From Mytilus edulis (taxonomy: Eukaryota): 64,000 nucleotides of DNA. The notes beneath the pieces are model-generated. The model made no database searches and was not told where the DNA came from. It saw nothing but the letters and a program-made list of their open reading frames with translations. The stretch is from contig NC_092348.1 in the NCBI RefSeq assembly GCF_963676685.1, positions 19,840,001 through 19,904,000 on the forward strand. The letters are read 5' to 3'. This document shows, in pieces, positions 40,852 through 54,059 of the stretch. Every line of letters starts with the position of its first letter. Within the stretch, counting starts at the first letter, position 1. Both the position numbers and the translations under genes were made by a program.

Positions 40852-43622
40852 CTATGGCGCTTGCAGCCACCAACAATAGGTTCTCCTACATTCACAACAC
40901 TGAGGAAGGCGGACGTAGTAAGGATACCAGTATTTTGGTTTAAGATGTGGACAAAACATGTATAGTTTCAGTGACAAGAAGTTGGCAGGATAACAGAAAG
41001 ATGGGGACCACAGCATAGAACATGGCAAATTGCTGCAGCGTTGTTTGCTGAAAAATAGATGAATATAATATGGTTAATTTGGAGATATACCGGGAAACTG
41101 ATATGACTGTCCCTTCTTTTTCTCTTTTTACTAGCATAAAGACTATGATGTTTAAAATGACAATTAAAAAAGATCTGTATCATATGTTTCATAAGAATCC
41201 GTATTAGGAATTGCGAGACGTTACTAAATTATATATGTACATACAAATATCAACATACATGGCATCACGTGCTTGCAAAGACAACGTCACAACAATGCAT
41301 AGAAAAAGTCAGATTGAACTCGTAATTTTATTTTTGTAGTACAAAACTGCAATTTTGTATAAGGATCGAATGCTTCTTTATTATTTTTGACAGATTTTCA
41401 TTGTGCACGTGTTTGGCAGCCGATCTTGAAATATAACAATATCATTCCTATCGCATCAGTAAATTGTAATAAATTCGCATGGAAACACAACACTATAAAA
41501 CGGAAGTGCGTGTCATGTCAATAAAATTACGAACAGCAAAATTAGATTAACATTAACAAAATAAATAACTTACTGTCCACAGTTTACATAGGTTATTTGG
41601 CTTTTCACATAATACCAATGAAAATAACAATACCCCTTCTTTATCCATATTTTTGGAGGCACTTTTAATATTGAATATTTCTTGTAACACAATGGACTTC
41701 CAAGTTCAACTCTATATTAAAAAAGAAATAAGTATTTTAGTGAAATTTTTACCTGCTGATACACAGACACTAGTTGAAGTATTTATTTATCTGTACATAG
41801 TTCAACTTAGACAGTCACTATAATTAAAAATCGGACGGAACAATCTATACATTTTCGTGAATACTTTACTTGTGATTTTGGTGAAATTTGCACACAAAAC
41901 TAAATAAAATTTCTGGGTTATTTTCATCCGTTAAGTTCGTTGTTCACCTTTTCCCACTAAATCACCGATAAATACACACACTAGTAACTATCAATCCATG
42001 TATGTATGATGTAGACATTATACGTACTTTAAGTAGTGTTGAATTGTTTCCTTAGAACTCTCATAATGTATTTCTAAACATATCTTAATAATATGAGCAC
42101 CAGACGACGTGATGTGCACGCCAATGAGACGACATCTAAACAGATGATTTGAAATCAAAACATACACAAGAAAACAACGTTATACAAATTATTATATATG
42201 GAATATTTTAAAACATACTATCAAGGGCGCCATATTACTGATTTACAAATTTCCGATGTATTTGATTTTATTTATTATAAGTTTTAAATTGAATTGAATT
42301 GAAATTGAAAAATACAAACGTTGGTAAGCTTATATACGAACTTGAATTAAATTCTCTCTACCAAGCCATTATTTGTATTTGTTTACAACATTTAATATAT
42401 ATTCAGCTTCTCGAGCTTCGCCTCCTGCCGATTTTTGCCATGTACATGCAGTACTTGGATATAATTTAGTTTTCAAATTCACTTACGGAGAAACAGGAGG
42501 TTTTGTCAGGTGAGCAATCGCTAGTTTCGCAGCCTCGACTTCAGCCTTTATCTCTGGGTCTTTGTCTAATGTTGCTTGCATTTTTTCAACCCTGGAATAA
42601 TTAACGAAGTAAAGTGTTATTTATACATCACATGCGTATTGTTGTTTAGTGAAAAAAATGCATTCTGTAAATATTGTATACTGAATATCATAAAACCACA
42701 CCAATCAAACGAGCAAAATTACTACAACGAATTTGTCTTTTCATCTTTTAATGCCCAACTATTTTCGATAGTTGTTTTCTGTATTTATTATCCAGCTGCT
42801 TTTATTTGTCATTTGCAATTCAGATAATTTAATTTGAAAATCCTCCTTCTCCCTTCAAAATATGAACTGATGTGAAATACTTACGGACAATGGTCATCCT
42901 CGCCAGTCATGACACCAGCAAACGGCTCTCTAAAACAATCTCCATCATTTGGGTCACACTGGTCATCTTGTGCATAGCAAGATGAAGCCGCTAACACTAA
43001 AAGCTAGTAAAGAAAATAAAAGATTTTCACATTTTGTAAAAAAAAAACTTTAAAAAAAAACAAAGAGTATTCATTAAAAATTGTCTAACAACAGCTTAAA
43101 TAAAAGGTTCAGCAAAACAAACAAAAATCTAAAACAAAGCAGTCAACATTAATAAAACACAAAAACAAATATTCTCTTTAAAAGACGCTAAAATATGCGT
43201 TGCTTGTTGTACGATTTTAAAGTGATCCTTAAAATGCTTTTTATTGTAAAAAATGTTCTTGTTTAATCTTGAAATGTTCACTGAAATGCCACGTGTTGTT
43301 TTTGTTTTGGGGGTATTTTTTTTGTGTTTTTTTTTGTCGGGGAAGTAGGGTGGTATGTTGTATTGTCAATTAGTATATTGGGGTTCCGTAATTCCTGTTA
43401 CCCTTTTTCATTGCACAAGACTCTTAAAATCGAAACAAAAAACCTGCAAGTTGTCAAAGTTTTCTAGCTATATAAAGATCGCAATAAATAACAAAGCACA
43501 TTATTTCTTAATTTTCAAAAGCCAAAAACAGTATCTTTGCGATGTTTCTTTATTTGTTTTGGAATACAAACATAGAAATCATATGTAACTTGAAAAATAT
43601 TGCTTACCAGAATATAATGCAT
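40852..43622 (-). CDS. Secreted Spaetzle-like cystine-knot protein, type B copy 2 (B2), 190 aa
   Basis: Exons 43622-43608, 43003-42885, 42591-42487, 41711-41574 and 41047-40852; exons 1-4 have the same lengths as in B1 and all introns are GT-AG. Ends ...RLPQCCECRRTYCWWLQAP* (TAG). About 5 aa substitutions versus B1. Confidence 0.9.
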
Positions 43623-45736
43623 AGTTGTTAACTTTAAGTCATCAGAATCTAGCAACTTCTAGTTATGTTGTTAGAACGCTCCACCACGTATGGAGGAGGC
43701 GTATACTTTAAAATAAGTCTTATTTGATATTCACTCCTCTTATGTTCGGATATACTCGTGCTTTTACGTCATGTACATGGCTTTACAATCTCATTAGAGC
43801 AAAATTTCACAAACTAATTTCGACACGTTTAGACACGCCTACTTGGTGTACTTTTCTTTTTACATATTTCATATATACAAAGCTGTGAAAGATGTGTCTA
43901 TTAATATCTTAATTGTTATAGGGGAACATATTGTGATGTCGCAGATTGTTAATTTCTTACAATCATTAAGTTTTTTAGAATTTTTCTGTTAATGTCAGCT
44001 AGTACAATTAGAAATAATTTATAACATAATATAGTTTTACCATCCTCAAGATATTTTTGCTATATTTTTCCTGTTTAAAAAGGGGGAGGGATTGCAGATT
44101 CAACGGAAAAGTTCTTTAATTTTCTATTGTACTTACTTTCAACGTAAACTAAAAGACTGTTGATGTTTTTCAAACTTGCTCCCCTTACTTCGGAGTCACC
44201 CCTTGAATACCTCTCTCTATTTATATTCTTGTCAAACGAGCATATCTGTAAGCCTTAGTATTTTCTGTAATTTGGAGCTAGTCATCAATTAATATTTTTG
44301 TTTCTATATGAACCATAAGTTCATTTTCATCCTGTCTTACGCAAAGGTTACTCATGCTCAGCTCTTATCAGACCAGATCTTGCATTCCCGCCCCTACGGG
44401 AAATCAAATAATCGCACCTTAAATTTACACTGATACATTAATGTATCAATTTTAAACACAGTGATTTGGTTTGGAGGCAAATTACATCGAAAGTGGAAAT
44501 TATAAACAAAAATAAGGCCATTATAAATTAATGATTCTCTTTAACGAAGGGACGTTATGTTTTCATCCTTTATTTTGTAACTAGTTTCGAAGGAAATTTA
44601 TAGCGAAATAACGAAAATAGTATGTCTCTTTGATTTTTAAAAGCATGGAGGCCAATGACACTAGACATTTAAATATATATATATATATATTGAACAAATA
44701 ACAGAAATACGATAAAAAAAAACAAAAAAAAAAAACCAAACAAACAAACAAAAGCGCATGCAAGCGTTTTGAAATCATAAATCAATTAAATCCATTTCGT
44801 GGTAAATAGAAACAATCTGTACTTTTCAAGGTCGACATCAAGTTACATAAAAGGAAGATGTTTTTAAAAGTATAATAGTAAAGTGACGAAAAAAAATCCG
44901 CAAGAATAATAAACAAAAAAAAGATATAACTTGTTAAATTTGCAGATAATAAAAATTTAATACGGGGAAAAACAAGTTGACTTTTTAAATGAATCACAAT
45001 TTATTTTCGGATAAATTATTCAACTTTTCCAAACATTAGAAAATCGCCTTTTGCATTAACTATATTCAAATGTTGTTATTGAAGAGGAATCTGCTATGTT
45101 ATTCCTTTTCTTGTCATACTTCTTGTTCCATTCAATTAAAATAATATGCCAAAATCAAAATGATTTCAATTTTCCAATTGTAAGCTTTCCATATTTATGT
45201 TGAAATACTCCACCTGCACCTCCAAATAGGGCAGCTATCTCCAATATGATTGAAATTCCAATTATGTTTGTACTCGTCGCTTAAATATATTTATTCTTAT
45301 TCATTTTAAATTGATCAGATTGTAATACATTGTAACCCCTAGTTGTTAAACTATTCGAATTAAAATGTTTTAGATTAGAATTTCTTTGTTAATGTTTATT
45401 GTTAACATTTAGTTCACTATTTCTTCTCCATGGAAAAGTTAAAGTTCATGTCTCCAAAGGTTTAACAGACATGCTAAATTTCCTATTTTGTAATCAGAAC
45501 TCATGTTTGAATATCATACACAGCTATATTCCTAATTTTATGACTGTTAGTTGATACTTTTTAAATTTCATCAAAAGTGAATAGACATGAAAACATTATG
45601 TCTAGGATTTCTTAAACCTTTACTGAGAGGAATAATTTGATATTTGTTTGCTTTAAGATTTGTATATCTCAAGTCAAACGAAATGGGGGAAGGGATGTAG
45701 TATTGCATCTGTCCATCATAAAGTTAAAGTCTACCA

Positions 45737-46094
45737 GTTTAGTTTAAACACATTTATTTTAAGTGGATTATGAAACAAGTTATTGCAACTTATATTAATC
45801 CCTTTCCACTTTGCGGGTGCTAGTGCTGCCTTGTAGCGGAATTAGTATTCTCTTTTTCGAAATCTACAAGGGTGTCTTTTATGACATGAAAGAGATGTGA
45901 CTTTCTATCAACACGGGTAAGCCATTTATTATCTCCTTCCGACGGACTATCATCGTTTCTCAAGACCACACTCGCAAATGGTGTTGAGGGGGCACCGAAA
46001 ATTCGGTCCCTGGAATGTTCTCCACGGAACGGGTATCGAAACAAGATCATTGCGTTAGTAGTCCGATGCACTAATCACTACACCATGCCGCTCC
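45737..46094 (-). mobile_element. tRNA-derived SINE
   Basis: Minus-strand head GCGGCATGGTGTAGTGATTAGTGCATCGGACTACTAACGC...GTTTCGATACCCG (Pol III A and B boxes) and a TAAAC-type tail. A headless copy lies at ~50240-50488. Confidence 0.75.
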
Positions 46095-46666
46095 ATCGAT
46101 CTGTGGAAGTATAAGTTATAGTTCATGAAATTTTGTCTGAAATAACCGAGGGATCCTGAAAAAATAAGGTTATATTGACCTACAATTCACATATGAGTGA
46201 CTGATTGAAGTTCGATCGCGTTAGAGTCCATATCTGAGAAATAATGTTTTGGCAGTAATTGCGTCTGTAATAGTCAGAATCGAGGGTCCTAAAAATATTT
46301 CATCTTGGCATAAAGTTCATTGATGAGTAAATGAGGTGAAAGGTTGCGTTTAAGTCCATATCTGAGATGAAGAATACAATTTTGTCAGTAGATGCAAGTT
46401 GATAGTCATGAGTTTCAAAATCAAATCTTGAAAATGAATCAGATGATATTCTATTTCATCAACTGCACTCAAAAGATATTCGATTTCATCAACTACACAA
46501 TTAAGTTATATCTTATAGCTTATCATAACTTAATGTATTGGACCAGTTCTGTCAATTGAGGATGAAAATCAACTAAATATACAGATTGTTTATATAATAT
46601 TTGCACTTTTTTACACCAACAACCTCCATATTTCCGGCCCAAAAATTTGGTGAAGGAACCGATTAA

Positions 46667-47240
46667 GGGCATACGATACAGTTTTGATCCCGTGTTTAAA
46701 GTTTTATGAAAATTTCAGTATATGCTATTTTTTGCCTGATTAAATCAATTATGTAATAAAAAACATACCTTCATGTGCTACTTTTTTAGTTAAATGAGGT
46801 CGAAATTTTGTATATTTGCTAAAAATTCAGATTTGTGGCCGCTTTTTTTCCTTTCGAAAAAGAGACATAACCTTTTTTGTTTTAAAAGATAAACACAAAT
46901 TGTTTTTTGTTAAATAATTTGTAATTTCTGTATTTTATAAGTATCCTATACATTTATTCATTTTTTATTCAGAAATAACTCATATTTATCAAATGGTCAT
47001 GAATTGAGAAAAGAAAAAAAATTGCACTATTTACTGTCTTATAAAATTTGGTCCACATAATCTCCCTGCAAAATGAAACAAAATTTCTTTTAAAAAAAGG
47101 GGTCCATGCACTCGTTTCAAATTTAAATCAGTTCGAATTAAAAAAATTCAGTCGAAAAATGCACCTTTTTCCGGACGTCCCGAAAATTACATTTTACGTT
47201 AGCAACGTCATTATATCCCCTGTAACTGTTTCTTATGCCC
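46667..47240. mobile_element. Non-autonomous DNA transposon with TTAA target duplication (Kolobok-like)
   Basis: TTAA|GGGCATACGATACAGTT ... AACTGTTTCTTATGCCC|TTAA. Confidence 0.8.
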
Positions 47241-48800
47241 TTAACGCTCTTGTACAAAGAATATATATTCTTCTGAACAACACAATAGCCGGAAGTTCTA
47301 TAACAACTTCTCATCGTTTACAATATACATATAAAAAAAATCCAAATACAAAATATTCTCAACGGTACTACAATCTGTTGATACCATTTAGTTTGGTATT
47401 GCACAAGGTCGTGTTTTGCTCTGAAAGTTAATGACGTCTTTATTCTAAATTTATCGGTTGTTGGGACTTTGCTGATCGATACTTTTACAAGATTTTTTTA
47501 TAAGTCGTTATTGGCTTTGAACTAGTTGTCAATAACTGTATATACTCATAGATCTGTACTTTGTGTTTTGTTTGTTGTTGGGTATGTATAAATATCATGC
47601 CACGTCCGGTTTGGTTATTATGATGTTTTTCTGCTTTGTATCTAATAACAAAAGTATTGAACTCCGAGGAAAATTCAAAACGGAAAGTCCCTAATCAATG
47701 CAAATGACAAAATCAAACGATAAAACACATCAAACGAATGGACAACAACTGTCTTATTCCTGACTTGGTACAGTGATTTTCAAATGTAAAAAATGGTGTA
47801 TTGAACATATTTGCCACTGGACGTACGTTAATATATCTTAAGCCCTCTTAGATTAAGTTTAATAGTTTGTTCTTTATTATGTTTTGATGTAACACCACTG
47901 CCCCAGGTTAGAGGATGGTGAATCGATCACAAACCTGTCCAACCCTGATTCATTCTTTTATGTGCCAGGTACAAGTAGGGAGCCTGTTGGTCAATGGTTG
48001 CCGTTATTTCATATCAGCCATAGTTGTTTTTTGTAAATCATTTTGTTATTAATAATGCTGTTAGTCTTCACAAGTGAAATGTTTAATGTTTGTATAAATT
48101 TGGCATATCTTGGAATGCTAGGTTGATTAACGCCCATAAGCAAATATGTAACACATGTGTGGGACGATTGGTATGACTATCTTTATTTTGCTTGCTGATT
48201 TTGGTAGTTCGAGTATGGATTAAGAGTTTGCAACATTTAAAAAGGGGCAGAAAAAAATAAAAAAGGAACATTTAAACTCATAAGTTGAAAACAGAATGAC
48301 CAAGCCATGGCAAGAATATAATTACAACATAAAAAAAACTGAATACTTAGCAAGACGAACCCAATCAAAAACTTTGGTAATCTCAATTGGTGCTCTGGAA
48401 GAGTTCGAAAATTATTCTCCACATATGGCACCCGAAATATTGTTCTTCAAAGGTCAAATTCATTAATGTCACAATTGAGCGACAGAGGACAAAACTGTTG
48501 CTTCTAGAATTAAACTTATCTGTTATCATAGCAGATAACGAAACAGGCCCACCATATCATCTCTGCATATATTTGTATGCCTTTTATACTTTATGAGGCT
48601 TTGCGCTGCATTGTTAAAATGCATACAGTGACTTGTCATAATGTTTCAGTGGAAGTAATACGTTCTTCTTCGTATCAATAGACTAAGATACAATGCATTT
48701 CTTCTTTTGTTAAGGTATTCAAAAATTAAAAGCCGATTTTAACACGTTTAAATTATTTATTCATTAATTGACATGAAAACTGGTTTTGGCTCTCACATCT

Positions 48801-51255
48801 TCAGCACTTGTATCTTTTACATTCACAACATTGTGGTAACCTTTTCTCTATTCTGATGTACTTATACGGGAATCTACGGTCACCAGTTGGACAAGCTATC
48901 CACATATAAAAGGAGCGTTTACAAGATGGAACACATCGGTACACGTATGGGGTCCATTGATTACACGGAACGTTACTGCAACTTTGCTTACTGAAATGAA
49001 ACAAAAAGGTAATCATAAAAATTGCTCAGTATCATGTTAAAATGAATTCGAAAAAATGGGGGAAACAGATAGCTGGAGACCTAATGGGACATTATTGAAA
49101 GAATGAAGGTGGTACCATACACCTAGACTAAAATTAATTTGGTTGGTTTAAATTTCATCAATTTTGACAAAATATTTATTTTGACCCTTTCACAACAACA
49201 TACAATATTCAAAAAACTTGATCAACACATTTTATTGGAAAAATGTCATAGAGAAGTTTTGACAAGCACTAGTTTTAATCATTGAAAAGTTTTTATGCAT
49301 TTCCTTAACAATTAGAACGTGATTAATACGTTCAGTTGATTCTGACAGAGTTATCTCCCTGTTATGTAATGATAGAGACTGGTTATTTTGGTACTAACAA
49401 CATTAAAAGTTACACATGTACTTACGGACAATATACGTGTCTCCAGATTTGATACCAGAAGTAATGCAAGACATAACAACCATTCCCTTGGTACACGACT
49501 TTTTTGGAAGGTGCATAAGATCGGTATTTATATCTACACATTCCAACCGTCGATACAAACCTGAAAACAAATCAACAATTGATATCATCCATCAATATGT
49601 AAATAAAAAAAATAGAATCCTGATTAAAAATATCTAAAAAAGCAATCAACATTTATTCATCAATTTGCATGATAATTTTTTTTTATCCTGTAGAAATAAT
49701 TTAGCTAACTGGTACTTTGACAGTAACAGTTAACTGTATTGTTTTAAATATTGAATCGGATAATTTTATTACATTTATTAATTTTTTAACATTTGTCTTT
49801 ACTTAGTTAGTAACTTTTTAAACTGCAGTACAAGAGTATAAAAACTTACACTGGGTTAGCGTCAAACATTAACTCATTGACAGCTTTATCTGTTTCGACC
49901 TTAAGCATTGTGTCCCTATCTAAACCTTTCACTATTGCAGCTCTGAAAATACAAAAAAAAATGTATTTTGACACAAACACTACAGACAAACTTGATGTTT
50001 TTATAACAAAAATATAACACTAATGATGACAATGAAAGATGGAATATAAACAATAAAAGATCAAGTTTCAACAATAATCAGAAGGATAAGGATAAAGATG
50101 ATCTACAACCTTTATGATAATCATATTACAAATTAAAGTAATATAAATAAGTTTTCACATCAATCTGAGTTGTCAAAGATTCAACTATTTAATCAGAACA
50201 AACATAAGGCACATTTGGCCGCTTTAAAATCTTCTCGCTCTCCCTTGCCACCATTTGCTAGTATTGTCTTGAGAAATGATGACAGTACATCAGAATGGGG
50301 ACGTTAAATGGCTGAACCGTGTTATGAGAGAGCCATATCTCTTGCACGTAAAATACATCCTTGTAGATTTCGAAAAAGAGCAGGCTAATGCCGCTACAAG
50401 GCAGCACTCGCACTTGCAAAGTGGAAAGGGATTAAAATAAGATGCAAAATCTTGTTTCCCAATTCACTATTAATAAATAAACTAAACGTCAAATTTAACA
50501 GCCAAATTCCAATAGACTTTATATTATAAATTTATTTACCTTATGTTTTCATCTTTCTGCTCCAAGTCCCCAAAATAATCATCATCCTCAGGTGCTGGTG
50601 GTACACATATTCTTGTAGGGACGGAAACTTCAGCATCAACAGATTTATACAGGACAACTAACACAACCTACATAAAACTTTTTAATGAAAAACTAACACA
50701 AATTACGTAAAACATCTTTGTAAAAGACTAACATTCCATAAGTAAAAATTCAATGGCCAAAAATAAACAAGACCTTTGCAAAAATTCTATGGTCAAAAAC
50801 TAACACAACCTAGGTAACACTTCTAGTTGAAAACCAACACGAACTTCGTAAAAAATCTTTATAAATAAAAATACATTTGATACTATATAGTTACATTGCA
50901 TGGTTCCAACCTTGATACACAAGATTCGCATTCTGACAAATTATCTTTTTAAGAGATGGCATAGGCCAAAAATATAGTAAAATTGGAAATACACGAGTAA
51001 AATGCTTTGCTAGAATAAATGTATACATACTTGTAGTGTATATAACGCTTTGGTATTTAGATGACAAGCACACATCGCTTACAGTAAAATAAAGCGCATG
51101 GAAACGAATTGAGAAACACGCATATAGTTTTTTTTTAAATATGAGCATTTTTGATAGCATCTATAAAATGCAAACACTGTATATATTTATTTTTCGTATT
51201 GTTTTACATAAATATTGATGTAACTTACGATAATTTTGTGAAACAACATGATCAT
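48801..51255 (-). CDS. Secreted Spaetzle-like cystine-knot protein, type A copy 2 (A2), 190 aa
   Basis: Exons 51255-51229, 50667-50540, 49942-49850, 49560-49426 and 48990-48801, all GT-AG. Protein: MIMLFHKIIVVLVVLYKSVDA|EVSVPTRICVPPAPEDDDYFGDLEQKDENIRAAIVKGLDRDTMLKVETDKAVNELMFDANPVFVSTVGMCRYKYRSYAPSKKVVYQGNGCYVLHYFWYQIWRHVYCPKQSCSNVPCNQWTPYVYRCVPSCKRSFYMWIACPTGDRRFPYKYIRIEKRLPQCCECKRYKC*. Confidence 0.9.
50240..50488 (+). mobile_element. 5'-truncated SINE copy in A2 intron 2
   Basis: Reverse complement of the body and tail of 45737-46094; absent from A1 intron 2. Confidence 0.75.
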
Positions 51256-51715
51256 CTCTGATCGTATCTAGAATATGTATTTATTCAGACCTACTCTTTC
51301 CTCTACAGTTGTACATAAACCACGTGACTTTGTTTCTGTCAATTTTCAGAAACTTGACGAAGACCTACATGATTGACATCTCCATCAGAAATATGCAAAT
51401 GAAATTAATAATCACCACGTATATGCAACTGACACTGAAAAGACAAGATGTATACAAACGATGAAGTTATTCATACAAAATATGTGACAGTTTGTTTTTA
51501 ATTTTTTCTAATTGACGTAAATCAATGACGCTTAAAATCGTGATTTATGAGTTATCAAGAGTTGCCTTTTGGTATATTTCGCCTATTTTCATCATCCGTT
51601 AAAATTTTCGGACTTCTAGAAATTACGGTGTAGGGGGCCTTTCTCGGATTTTTTTTTTTTTTGTGGCTGTGTAAAAGATTGTCGTTTATGCACATGTTGC
51701 CAAAAAAACATAGAA

Positions 51716-51950
51716 AGTGTTACATATTTGTTTTTCGTTCATTTTTTTTTTACATAAATAAGGTCGTTAGTTTTCTCGTTTGAATTGTTCTACATTGTCT
51801 TATCGGGGCCTATTATAGCTGACTATGCGGTATGGGCTTTGCTCATTGTTGAAGACCGTACAGTGACCTATAGTTGTTAATGTCTGTTTCATTTTGGTCT
51901 TTTGTGGATAGTTGTCTCATTGGCAATCATACCACATCTTCTTTTTTTAT
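51716..51950 (+). mobile_element. Interspersed repeat at the outer end of the right arm
   Basis: Near-identical to 39405-39638. Confidence 0.8.
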
Positions 51951-53979
51951 AGAAAGAAGGAAATAGAACTTTAACCAAAAAAAAAAATTATAAAGACAAA
52001 AAAGAGCAACGAGTCAATTAAATCATCATTATCATACTTACACAATTTAATCTGATAAATGTTATGAGTGTGGTCATCTGTTACAAAACGAAGTGTTTAT
52101 TCTGTAGTAAATGGAACTTTGTCTAGAGAAAACTGGTCTAAAAAAAACTATCAATTCAGAAGACGTAAAATCGAAGACAAAACTTATGATTTCGGGAAAG
52201 CATGGTATATATACATTAAAAATCTGTACATGTTATGGGGGTATAGCCCACCCAAAGTAATCCCTTAACTTGAAACTATTTTGATGTTAATATATTGACG
52301 ATATGTGCAAAGATCAATATTGTCTATATCAGACAGCAACGTCTCGTGTGACAACTGCTTTGTACCTATTCGGTTATACCACTGAAGACCCAAAATCATA
52401 TCATATGCTCCAATTATTCATCCATCATGCATGAATATTTCTGTTGTGAAGTATGACCGTCGCCGGAAAAGTGACCATCGACCAAGTCGTCTGTGTGCAT
52501 TATCAATAAAGACACATCTTAATCTTGGCCAAATTAAAAATCGTGGTAAAATTCAATACATTTTAGTACAAAACTCAGTCGTTTTCTCGATATTTGAAAT
52601 TTATATGTTCCTCAATCCATCAAATATCTCTACGAGTGCATAAATCATCTGTGATATCGTGCTGTCTTTTTAAAGGACTGGTTGATACCATGCATAGGTA
52701 ATCTTGTACAATACATTTCAGTGCTAAAAAAAATCGCAGGAATAGGACAGAATTTGGCATTTCTTACGTGAATGAACTATATGGGTCACCCGTATACCAT
52801 ACCTTAATTAGGACCAAATAAATGCCACCCATATCCACCCCTCCCTCGATCGGTGGGTGTAATTTTATCTAGAAAGTACAAATAAACTTTAAAGGAAAAG
52901 GTATTTGAATAAAGTAATATAAAATATGTCTAATGACTTTTTTCTTGCGTATAGTTTAACGTTTACATTGGGATGTTTATAGATCAGTTGAAACAACCTG
53001 TTATCAACATAAAACTCATTAAATATTTCAATGTACTCATCTGCTGTCTTTTGCTATAAGCAATCCCTCATATGTGCATAATTAAGCAGAAACAGTTGTT
53101 AAAACGAGTTAATTATGTATAATACACTCGTGTTAATCAAGAAAAACACTTATGCATTGTATACTTTATCTCGACAATTTCTTCTCTTTTATCACTTTAA
53201 TATATCAATTGCCCCCTGCATTTTCTTCATAAACAACCGGAAAGCCATCCTATGATTTTAGCCAACACTTATGGTCCGACTCCCTGAATAAAAATTAAAA
53301 TGTCTTGAGTAGAAGGCCATCATTGCACGTTTTTCTACGTTTCACTTGGACCATAATTAATAGATATAAGTACACGATGTGTACCATTTTTATCAACGCT
53401 ATAGATCTAATTATATATGCTTCACATTGCTTTAGAAATGGGAATAAACTATTTAAATCAAATATGGCGATACGATACAATTGTCCCCGCTTTCAGTCCT
53501 ATTTTGAAAAGTCAACAGTAATTCTGCCAAAAGTCGCTACTCGAAACGAAATAAACTGTGAGTGATAATTATACATTAGGTACAAAATATCGTGTCTATG
53601 TTTGCAGGAATTACTAAAAAAAATCATGATTCAAAGGTTTTAATTCTGATAAAAGTTGGTCAACTGGCACGAAACGCCACATCAGCACAAAACCGCTATA
53701 TCGCAGCTACACTTTACATAGAAAACTGTAGGTTGGAAACACGAATCCCCGCAACTTAAGGGGGAACTTGGGTGTCCCGGAAGAGATTTTTGTGAAAACT
53801 GCTTCTTTAAAATTAGGTATTGACACTCTCGCAATAAGGTCGTTAATCAAACCGTTTACAAAATCGAATCTCCCTCTTGGTTGACAACTATTTCAATTCC
53901 AATTGATGTTGATGTCATTTTCCTAGATACTCGGGCATCATATCGTGCACTTGTACATCACATTCAGCGCTGTAGGAGC

Positions 53980-54059
53980 GTCTTAGTGTACCCGCTAGTT
54001 TTTGGAATCAAGTCAGCACGTCTTAGTGTACCCGCTAGTTTTTGGAATCAAGTCAGCAC
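53980..54059 (+). repeat. 40-bp perfect tandem duplication
   Basis: GTCTTAGTGTACCCGCTAGTTTTTGGAATCAAGTCAGCAC x2. Confidence 0.9.

Larger units (their letters stand above)
40305..51668 (-). repeat. Right arm of large inverted segmental duplication (contains B2 and A2)
   Basis: Reverse complement of ~23255-33545, with arm-specific TE insertions. Confidence 0.9.

Noticed and set aside
46020-46094. tRNA gene
   Set aside because: A and B boxes are present but there is no convincing cloverleaf, and it is continuous with a SINE body repeated at 50240.
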